From Mobula hypostoma (lineage: Eukaryota): 64,000 nt of DNA. Below are positions 1 to 9,797 of the stretch, in pieces. The position numbers were made by a program, and so were the translations under genes. Position 1 is the stretch's first letter. Each line of letters begins with the position of its first letter. The stretch lies in the NCBI RefSeq assembly GCF_963921235.1, contig NC_086108.1, forward strand, positions 36,086,001 to 36,150,000, in the 5' to 3' direction. Under the pieces are notes generated by a model. The model searched no databases. It was not told the DNA's origin and worked only from the letters and a program-made list of their open reading frames with translations.

Positions 1-130
1 ATCTGTAGAGATTTTCTAGTTTTTGATGTTATACCAAATCTCCTCAAACTCATAAAGAAATATTGCCGCTGGCATGCCTTCCTTGTAATTGCATCAATAT
101 GTTGCACCAAGGATAGATCTTCAGAGATTG
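1..130 (-). mobile_element. Rex1/Babar-type LINE fragment
   Basis: Resembles the reverse complement of the Rex-type C-terminal segments elsewhere in the window (e.g. 39400-39600). Confidence 0.55.
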
Positions 131-683
131 TGTTGGCAATAATTAACCATAGCTCAATTCCTGTAGCTGGGTACAGTACCTGGTACACATTCTTTATTAT
201 AATAAATAGCTATGTTCTATTGATCCACTGAATGGAATTACAAGTTGTCTAATCATTATATTTATGGTGTGTCTCTGAATAGGAACAGTATGGTAAATTA
301 TTGAGGTAAATCATTGGTGTAAGTCTGCACTCTTGTACTCGCTGAATCAGTTCGTCAATCAATTATTCTTTCTTGAGGGAATTTTGCTATAACTTCATTC
401 AGCTTGCAGCAAGCTGATTATGACTGTTAATGGAACTTGAAACAATCAAATTAGCTATCGTTAGTGATACAATTGTGTTTGACCATGCAAATAAATCAAT
501 TAATCTTTGTAAAACATTTTATCTGATGTATTCAAAGATATAAATGTGTAAAAAAAACAAAATAAAGAACAGGACACTGGTGCAAGACTCACTTAATTTA
601 TGTTTGGTTTTTATTTAAGAAAGTATATTTCTGTAAAATTGTACATCGATCTTAAAACTTGCAAGCTTCTGACATATATTTTA

Positions 684-1232
684 TGTAACGCCCTGGTAAC
701 GGTTTCACTGCTAACGTAATGGTCTTTCTGTGGAAGCGGGGTTCGGGTTATGGTTAGAGTTAACGGGTGCTTTGGAATGCGATCATCTAATCAGCGGAGC
801 AGGGTTTTTGTTCGGTGGTAGATGAAGAGAGAAGACACTGGAGAGAACCGGTTGTAGGATTTGACCCGGTGGGGGACTGTGATTCGATGGAGCACAGTGT
901 GGAGGTCTACTGAGGATCAGTGAATATATGACTTTTGGAAGAGTTGAGCTCCAAATTGTGGCCATTTGACTGTTTAATTATAATCGACCCTTTTTGTGTT
1001 TTTGTTTTCTTTTCTCTACTAACCCTTTAGTTAAGTTAACATCCATAAATATATAATCGTGTGCAGCACACTGTCTGCTATTTCTTGGCACCGGGTTGTG
1101 ACAAGGTAGCAAATTACACAGCATTCACACAAACCGAGATTTGGGTTGGGAGAGCCGACTCAATCTCGTGGATTTGGCGGGACCGGAGTGTATATTCCCT
1201 AGACTTTGCAGCCCAAGGAAATCAGGGTTTCA
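684..1232. mobile_element. Solo LTR (549 bp)
   Basis: Begins TGTAACGCCCTG and ends CAGGGTTTCA (TG...CA, imperfect terminal inverted repeat); flanked by the 4-bp direct repeat TTTA (680-683 and 1233-1236); no internal coding sequence. Confidence 0.8.
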
Positions 1233-1519
1233 TTTAAATGACACAGCCTATGTTATCTTCAATTGAATTTTAAAGAAATGTAAAGTTTTAAACATTTGTT
1301 TTTTTCCCAAACATATAATTTATAAAGCATTTTACATCATATGATTTGGTGATTAAAAAGTAACAATGAATATGTGGATTCATGCCAGACATTTAAGTCT
1401 GTTGATTTATTGGCTCTTGAAAAAATGGTGATCACGATGATTGCACTCTGGTGGTTCTCAGTTTTGATTTACATGTGGCTTCAATTTGTGAGAAATAATG
1501 GGTTAATTGAGGACTACTG

Positions 1520-1815
1520 TATGTGTGTGTCCCAGTGAAATGCATCGTTTGCATCAACAATCAACGCTGAACAAGGACGTGCAGGCAGCAGCTCGCAATT
1601 GTGGCCCCATGCTTCCAGCGCCAACATAGTCTGCCTACTACTGATTAACCTTAACCTGTACGATTTTGGAAAGTGGGAGGAAAGCAAAGCTTCATAAAGA
1701 AACCCACATAATCATGGGGATAATGTCAAACTCCTTACAGACAGCATAGAATTAAACCTGGATTGCGGATGCTTTGAACCGTTATGCTAACATCTATGCT
1801 ACCATGCTGCCCCCC
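1520..1815 (-). mobile_element. V-SINE-like SINE (HE1-like)
   Basis: Reverse complement contains a V-domain-like GCTGTCTGTAAGGAGTTTGACATT; related copies at 14170, 29680 and 33612. Confidence 0.6.
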
Positions 1816-3570
1816 ACCGCCAAGTTTCAGAAAGAGTTGAAAGATTTTCAGGGAAAGTTTTAAAACTTTTCTAAAACACAACAAATAACACAATTGTTAT
1901 TCTACTTAACTTGATTTGAATGTGAAAATATGAATTAATTGTAGTATAGTTCATTTGCATCAGTGGGACATTATGATATGTTTCTGAACCTGCATATTAT
2001 TCAGGAAATAGTTGCATTCCTTTCTGCTTTGGAGTCAGTTTGAAATTTAATACCCGATTTACACATCGAAAAATTAAAATGCATTGGTTAAGTATGATGT
2101 AATGAGCCATAATACAGAATATAGTACAATTCAGCAACTTAAAAGTATCCTTTTCACCAGTCAACAGATTTTCCAGATAATGGTCAATGATATGTTTCAC
2201 AAGAAAACATTCATACAGCAGTGTGCTCCAGAAAACAGAAGGCATTAAAAACTCAGAATGAATAAAGCCTTTCTAATATAATAGCAAATACATCAGAGTG
2301 ATCCAGGCACTGTAGCTCAGGTGCTCATATTGTACCCTTCGCCAACTCACATCGACTCATTTTCCCTCTCCTGCCTTTTCACTTGCTTGAAGCGCATTCT
2401 GTTTAAGATCCCCCTTGTGTTCACCAGGCATGCAAACCCCTCAGCAGCACTTCTCTCCTGAACCTTGAACTCTACAGTACACGGTCTAATGCAGATCCAT
2501 TCCTCTGTCATTGCCTTGCTTGCAACTGATTTGACTTCAGGATTTGGATTTCTCCTCTTTGAAGTCCATTTTTAAAACTGACCTATCTGAATATCTCAGG
2601 CTTTAGGGCTTGTGTCAGTTTTTGGGGACCTTTTTGCAATATGATTAAAGACATCATAGCAACTGGACATGGAGAGGGTTTGCATTCGATGGTGCTGGCC
2701 AAAAGTGCAGCTGCTGTACTCGGATGTGAGATGTAATAGTCCAAAGAGGAAGCCTGAGGAAACCACAGCAGGGAAACAGAAACACTTCGCTACTACTGTA
2801 TATGAAGCTTATGTTAGTAAGGTGATCTTCTCTTTCCACTCCTCAATGGCCACTTGGTTTCTTACAGAGTAAGAAAGTAAAACATTCCAAGGTGCGTTGC
2901 TGTGCTGCTATCAAGTATGATTTGTCCTGAGCTAAATAGGACTAAGATGTGGCCAAGGATTTTGTTGATGAGATGGATTTTAAGGAGTACTGTATGTTAA
3001 AGAGAACACTGATCAGAAGATCTATAAACTGAATTCCAGGTCTCAGTACAGTCAGCTGTGCACAACTCCTAACTAGGATGATGGACTAAAGTTGGGAAAA
3101 TGCTACAGACAGACAGACCAAATTCTGGTTGTACTGGGGGAAGGATTGAAAAGTACAGTTAGTGGACCTGTAGAGGTGACAGGTAAAAGATGCACTGTTG
3201 GCAGGAGGTTTTTAAGAATTGATAATGTAAAAAGTGAGACAGAGAGCTCGGAGACAATTGAAAGAGTCAAACCTAAATGCAGCAATGATAGCTACAAGCA
3301 GCAGAGACAGGCAGTGTGTCACAGTATGTATGTAGTCATCTTGTGAGTTCACTCAGAAACCAATGTTGCAAGTGACCTGGTTAAGGTAAAGGCTACAACT
3401 GGGACAAAGGATGGATTTCATGGATAGGTAATTAATTGTAATGACATTCATCTTTCCAGTAATTAGCTGGGAGATTTTTTTCTCATCCATTGCTGATTAC
3501 TGTATGTTCAATCAGTATGAACGATTAAGACAATGTCATCTCTTTTGTGCAGTACTTTCATTCAGTTTTT

Positions 3571-3983
3571 GAAGGCAGGCAAGAATCCAAAATGGCAGGC
3601 AGAGGTCTTACCAGGAAAGACAGTCCAGCAAGGGCAGACAATCCAGAGAGCACAGGTAAAAATTGGGTCCAAGAGCAGGCAAAATCTAAAACACAGAATC
3701 AGGCAAAATCGGTTGGCAGAAGTCACAATGACAGGCTGGAACAACACAGGTCAGAACTGGGACGAACTGACAGAGGATGCTAGTCAAGGCAGGGTTTAAA
3801 TGGATGGGGTAATGAGTGAAAATTAGAAACAGGTGGGTGCAAATGAGGAGACAAGCAGGTAATTGGAGGAAGTCCAAAAAAAGGGGCTTGGCCAGGTGAC
3901 AGAAAACAGAAATTAAAGACTGTTGTGATCCAGAGCTCCCAGCAGAGGCCCTTCGACCCAGTGTTCAGGCCGGATCCTTAACA
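3571..3983 (-). repeat. 3' LTR of the Gypsy element, truncated at its distal end
   Basis: Aligns to 8213-8422 plus 9576-9797; starts TGTTAAGG on the minus strand right after the PPT; lacks the roughly 100 bp present at 8111-8212. Confidence 0.9.
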
Positions 3984-6900
3984 GTAACCCCCTGCCGCCC
4001 CCCCCCCCCCACGGGCGTCTCCAGACGCCCTTCTTGCTGGTACGGGATGCCTCCTATGAAAGTCCTTAATGGGAGAGGGATCCAGGATATCTCGAGCGGG
4101 AACCCAACACCTCTCTTCAGGGCCATAGCCCTCCCAATCAACGAGGTATTACAGTCCACGACCTCTGCGTCTAACGTCCAGTAATCATCGCACAGTGAAG
4201 GTCTCTGAGCCATCGATGGGAGGGGGAGGGGGCTGCAGACAAAGGGCTTAATCCTTGAAACATGGAATGTAGGATGGATTCTGCAAAGGGTAGGGGGTAG
4301 TTTTAGACGTACCGCCGAAGGGCTGATCACCTTGGTGATGGGGAAAGGTCCAATGTAGCGTGGCGCCAGCTTGCGGGAGTCCACCTTCAAGGGGATGTCA
4401 CACGAAGATAATCACACCTTCTGACCGTGGCGGTAACTGGGGGCCTCGATGCGGTGACGGTCTGCTTGCTGCTTCATTCTGGCTATAGATTGAAGCAGCG
4501 CCTTTCGGGCTTGTCTCCAGGTCCGTGAACACCTCTGGACAAATGCTTCGGCTGAGGGGATGCCCACTTCCTCCTCCTGAGACGCGAATAAGGGGGGTTG
4601 ATAGCCAAGACAGCACTGGAATCGTGATTAACCTGATGAAGCAGAAGACAACGAATTAATGGCGTACTTGACCCAGGGAAGTTGCTGACTCCAAGAGGAA
4701 GATTCCTGAGACGTCACACAACGGAGCATCACCTCCATCTGCTGATTAGCCCACTCGGTCTGGCCATTTCTCTGTGGATGAAACCCAGATGAAAGTTTAA
4801 CCCTGATCCCGAGTAGTTTGCAGAAGGCCCTCCAAAAGTGGGAGGTAAATTGCGAACCTCTATCAGATACCACTTCAACAGGGAGACCGTGAATACGGAA
4901 AACATGCTGAATCACCAGGTTGGCAGTCTTCTTGGCAGAGGGCAGCTTGGGAAGGGGAACTAAGTGGACCGATTTGGAAAAACGATCCACTATGGTAAGA
5001 ATGGTAGTGTTACCGCCAGACGGAGGGAGTCCGGTGACAAAGTCCAGTGCAATGTGTGACCAGGGCCTTCTAGGAACAGGCAGGGGTTGCAGGAGACCAG
5101 TTGGTGGCTGGCTGGAGGTCTTGTTCACTGCACAGACTGGGCAGGCAGAAATGAAGCTCTCAACATTCTTCGTCAGGGATGGCCACCAAAATCTTCGACT
5201 GATGAAAGCCATCATGCATCTGATGCCAGGGTGACATGCCAGTCTGGAGGTGTATCCCCACTGGAGAACCTGGGAGCGGGCAGACTGTGGAACATACAAT
5301 AGATTAGCAGGACTGGCACTGGGAACAGACTCACCCTGCTGGGCAGACTGGAGCACAGATTCAATCTCCCACTGTGCTGTGGCGACCAGACATTGCTTGG
5401 GGGGTATGGTCGTAACCACGGGCGCCTCGTCGATTGTTGGAAATTGCCTGGAGAGCGCGTCAGGCTTGCCGTTCTTAGAGCCAGGACGGTAGGCCAGGGT
5501 GAATCTAAAACGGGCAAAAAACAGGGACCACTGATCCTGGCGGGAGTTGAGGCGTTTGGCTGAACAGATATATTCCAGGTTCTTGTGATCCATCCAGGCT
5601 AGAAAGGGAGTACTCGTTCCCTCAAGCCAATGCCGCCATTTCCCAAGAGCAAGCTTAACCGCTAATAACTCTCGATTGCCGATGTCATAGTTGCGTTCTG
5701 CGGGCGAAAATTTGTGGGAAAAAAAGGCGCACGGGTGTAGCTTGCCGTTCTCTGCTGAACGCTGTGACAGTATAGCCCCCACTCCTACATCAGAGGCGTC
5801 AGTCTCTACAATAAACTGCCTAGTAGGATCGGGCTGGAGGAGGATAGGCGCCGTGGTGAAACGAGTGTTTAGTTCAGAGAAGGCTTTCTCAGCCGCTGGA
5901 TTCCAGGCGAACTTCAACTTGGAGGAGGTTAGAGCAGTCAGCGGGGCGGCCAGGATGCTGAAATTTCAAATGAACCGGTGATAGAAGTTGGCAAACCCAA
6001 GAAAGCGTTGGACATCTCGTCGAGAGGTGGGTTGTGGCCACTCCTCTACTGCCTTGATCTTCTGAGGGTCCATCTAGATTCCTCCAGTGCTGATCACGTA
6101 TCCCAGAAACGAAGTTGAACTCCGGTGAAATTCACTCTTTTCCACCTTCACAAATAACTCCAACCAGGAGTCATTGGAGCACACGAAGGACGTGCTGGAT
6201 GTGTTCAGAGAGGGACCTAGAAAATATCGGAATGTCATCCAAGTTCACGAATACAAATTGATTCAACATGTCTCTGAGGACGTCATTCACCAGGGACTGG
6301 AACACAGCAGGGCCATTAGAAAGTCCGAAAGGCATTACCAGATATTAGTAGTGCCCAGATGGCGTATTGAACGCCGTCTTCCACTCATCCCCCTCTCTTA
6401 TGCAGACCAGATGGTAAGCGTTGCGGAGGTCGAGCTTGGAGAAGATAGAAGCACCCTGGAGCAACTCAAATACAGATCACACACGAGGAAGAGGATAGCG
6501 GTTCTTAATGGTGATCTCATTGAGACCTCTGTAGTCAACGCAAGGACGTAGGGTCCCGTCCTTCTTGGCTACAAAGAAGAACCCTGCGCCTGCTGGGGAG
6601 GAAGAGGGACGGATAATTCCTGCAGCCAAGACCTCCTGGATATACTCGTCCATCGCTTCCCTTTCAGATGGAGACAGGGAATACATACGGCCCCTAGGTG
6701 GCGAGGTTCCCGGAAGGAGATCTATAGCGCAGTCATAGGGGCGATGTGGGGGTAAGGTGGTGGCCCGAGTCTTGCTGAATACCAGCTTGAGGTCCAGATA
6801 TTCCGGGGGTACAGAGGACAGATCGGGAAACTCCTCTGTAGGCAGAGGAACTGGACTTTGAGTAGCATGAGCAACACGCAGACAATGATTTAGGCAGAAA

Positions 6901-7364
6901 GGACTCCGGTTTAACACTGTTATTAGACCAATCAATGTGTGGACCGTGCTAAGCAAGCCATGGGTGGCCTAACACAACATCAGCTTTGGGGGAATCTATT
7001 ACATGGAAAGCAATGCTCTCCTGCGATTGCCAGAAATGAGGAGACTCAACGGAGCTGTAGAGTGGGTAACCATGGCAAGTTTCACTCCGGTTAAGCCGCT
7101 GGCCTCCAGGAGTTGTTTCAGACGGGAGCGTGGCATCTCGAGATTGGCCGCGAGACTGGAACTGATAAAGTTTCCCTCAGCCCCAGAGTCGATAAAAACT
7201 GAAATGGCGCGTCTCCTCCCTTCAGCCAGTATGAAAGCAGGTAGCAGGGTTCGAGTGACGGGGAACCGGGGGACGGAAGTACTGCTCGCCCGCAGTCCTC
7301 TATTTACGAGCAAGCGTTTGCTTTTACGGGACGGGTAGATACATAGTGACCAGCTTGACCACAA
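3965..7364 (-). pseudogene. Gypsy pol (protease-RT-RNase H-integrase-chromodomain), disrupted
   Basis: ORF pieces 6999-7364, 6477-6956, 4628-5917 and 3965-4390; catalytic YLDD reads NLDD near 6235-6246; pol overlaps the gag end in the -1 frame. Confidence 0.9.
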
Positions 7365-8095
7365 TACAGGCAGGAGTTGGTACTGACTCTCCTCCTTCTT
7401 TCCGAAGGAGACAGACGGGTACGATCAATCTGCATGAGCTCCGTTCGGCTGGATGGGGGTGACGGAGGACTCGGGAAAGGAGATCTGGGTGCTGGCTGGG
7501 AAGAAGTCAGACGCCCCCTGGTGGTTCTTCGTGACCCCCGGACATCACGCTCCTGCTGACGCTGTTTTATGCGGCTGTCAATCTTAATGGCCAAATCGAC
7601 CAGCTCTTGGAAGCCAGCAGGCAGGTCGCGGGTGGCTAGTTCATCCTTAACCTCTTCGCTAAGCCCATAGAGGAACACGTCAGTATGGGCCGCCGAATTC
7701 CAGTTGGTAGTGGCGGCTAGTGTGCGGAACTGAATAGCGTAGTCCGAAACAGAACGGTTGCCCTGACGAACTTGCAACATCTCTCTTTGCCGCCTCTCGC
7801 CCCTGCTGGGAACGGTCAAAGACTCTTCTCATCTCCTCACAAAAGTCCTTAAACGTGTGGCAAAAAGGGGCTCTGCTGTCCCACACAGCCATACCCCACT
7901 CTCTTGCTCTTCCTGACAGCAACGTGATAACATAAGCAATACGGGATCGATCAGTGGGAAAGGTAGTCGGATGCAGCTCAAGAATCAGCGAGCATTGAGA
8001 CAAGAAGGATCTGCAGGTGCCTGGTTCACCATTGTAAAGTTCAGGTGGAGGTAAACGGGGCTCTGGGGCTGGTTGGGCTGGAGTCTGTGGGGCTG
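7304..8095 (-). pseudogene. Gypsy gag, frameshifted and apparently N-terminally deleted
   Basis: PEPRLPPPELYNGEPGTCRSFLSQC...IAYVITLLSGRAREW, then a shift to ...QGNRSVSDYAIQFRTLA...CLYCGQAGH. Confidence 0.88.
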
Positions 8096-8422
8096 ATGGC
8101 CAGTTCGTTCTGTCGGGTTCTGTCAGGTTTCGGCGGGACTCAAGTGCAGACCAATGAATACTATTTCACCAGGATTATTAGGGAGCACAAAGGCAACAGT
8201 CTTTCAAAAACAGAAGGCAGGCACGAATCCAAAATGGCAGGCAGAGGTCTTACCAGGAAAGACAGTCCGGCGAGGGCAGACAATCCAGAGCGCACAGGCA
8301 AAAATCGGGTCCAAGAGCAGACAAAGTCCAAAACACAGAATCAGGCAAAATCGGTTGGCAGAAGTCGCAATGACAGGATGGAACGACACAGGTCAGAACT
8401 GGGACGAACTGGCAGAGGATGC

Positions 8423-9569
8423 TGTCTGCCTGTATCTTGTTTTACGGCGGTTGGCATCCAGCTTAATGGTGCATTACCGCCACCCTCTGCTCCGGAATGT
8501 GTACTAGACATATATTCTAAATCCTTTCACCCAATCGCGCGCGCGCGCGCGCACACACACACACCTACACTTCATCCTCCCATCTTTGACCATCCCAGTA
8601 CCCTATTCCTGTTTATCCGTCATATCCTATAAAAAAACCCTGTACCCCTTAAAAACGCTAAAAATATCCTAACCTGTGCTCTTTCACCCATGCCCAACAA
8701 CCCTTTTAATGTGAATTCCTGCATCCTCAACTCCCTTAATTTATTTCTCATCATCTCTCTCTGTATCCCATACTTCCTGCAACTCAGAACTACATGTTCT
8801 ACTGACTCCTCTTCCTGACATTCCTCACACAATCCTGTCTGGTGTTTCCCTATCATTTTCAATGTTTTGTTTAATGCACAGTGCCCCAGCCTTAACATAG
8901 TCCACACAGTTTCCTCTCTTCTGTTTCCATTACCTACCCTAGTACCTGCAACACTCTTTTGTATTTGATATAAATGCCTCCCTTTCCCCTCCCTGTCCCA
9001 TCTTTCTTGCCACATTCAGTTGACTTTTTCCCAGATTACACACTTAACCTCTGCTTTACTGATACTAATGTGCATTTCTACATTTTCCTTCATTAACACC
9101 CTCTTTGCCAACTCATCCACCCTCCCATTCCCCTTCACCTCTACATGTGCTGGAACCCATAGAAATTTTACCTGACCTCCCTGATTTGCAATTCTTGTAA
9201 CTAACTGAAGGACTTCATAAAGTAAATCTTGCCGATTGTTTGTGTGAAAAGACCTTAAACTTGCTAGAACTGAGAATGAATCTGAACATATCAATGCTTT
9301 GGCTTGTCTGGCTTTCTGCACCCATTGCAACGCAACCAACACTGCCAGCATCTCCACTGTAAACACCCCTAACTTATTAGATGTTCTTCTGCTGATTCCA
9401 ATTTCTTTTGCTGGTATAACCACCCCAAACCCTGTCACTCCTGTTTCAGGTTCCTTCGCACCATCCGTATAAATGTGAGTATAATCACTATACTTTTCCA
9501 TCACATGACAGTTAAATGCATTTACCAAATCTGTTTTATATCTTTTTTTCCTTTTTACCTCTAAGGGCC
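8423..9569 (-). mobile_element. 5'-truncated RNase-H-bearing non-LTR retrotransposon (I group, Nimb-like)
   Basis: RNase H motifs IYTDGAK, EMLAV, ICSDS, WVPAHVEVKGNGRVDELAK; C-terminal LRLGHCALN and CEEC...EHVVLSC; one in-frame stop at 9016-9018; TSD GGATGC (8417-8422, 9570-9575); 3' UTR stem-loop 8446-8481. Confidence 0.88.
8536..8564. repeat. (CG)n(CA)n alternating purine-pyrimidine microsatellite
   Basis: cgcgcgcgcgcgcgcgcacacacacacac read directly. Confidence 0.9.
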
Positions 9570-9797
9570 GGATGCTAGTCAAGGCGGGGTTTAAATGGAT
9601 GGGGTAATGAGTGAAAATTAGAAACAGGTGGGTGCAAATGAGGAGACAAGCAGGTAATTGGAGGAAGTCAAAAAAAGGAAAGGAGCTGGGCCAGAACCTA
9701 CATGGCCAGGTGAAAGAAAACGGAAATTAAAGACTGTCGTGATCCAGAGCTCCCAGCAGAGGCCCTTCGACCCAGTGTTCATGCCGGATCCTTAACA

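Larger units (their letters stand above)
3571..9797 (-). mobile_element. Ty3/Gypsy chromovirus-type LTR retrotransposon (sushi-like), defective
   Basis: Paired LTRs (3571-3983 and about 8111-9797, the latter interrupted); polypurine tract 3984-4010; gag with Zn knuckle CLYCGQAGH; protease FIDSGAEGNF; RT; RNase H ([11 protein letters not shown]); integrase ([19 protein letters not shown]); chromodomain near 4070-4160. Several frameshifts and stops. Confidence 0.95.
8111..9797 (-). repeat. 5' LTR of the Gypsy element, split by a LINE insertion
   Basis: Halves at about 8111-8422 and 9570-9797 rejoin to match the left LTR; followed on the minus strand by the PBS-like GAACGAACTGGCCA. The LTR end is either 8111 or 8121. 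Confidence 0.88.

Noticed and set aside
130..2300. Possible RO60/TROVE2 3' end (expected neighbour by synteny; AATAAA at 2261)
   Set aside because: No recognisable RO60 coding sequence; AT-rich DNA with an AATAAA is not sufficient evidence.
3965..8095. Domesticated RTL1/PEG10-like gene
   Set aside because: LTRs, PPT, frameshifts and a mutated RT active site identify a defective retrotransposon.
8045..8632. 195-aa plus-strand ORF (and similar ORFs at 3533-3799)
   Set aside because: Antisense read-through of LTR and LINE tail sequence; no domain features.
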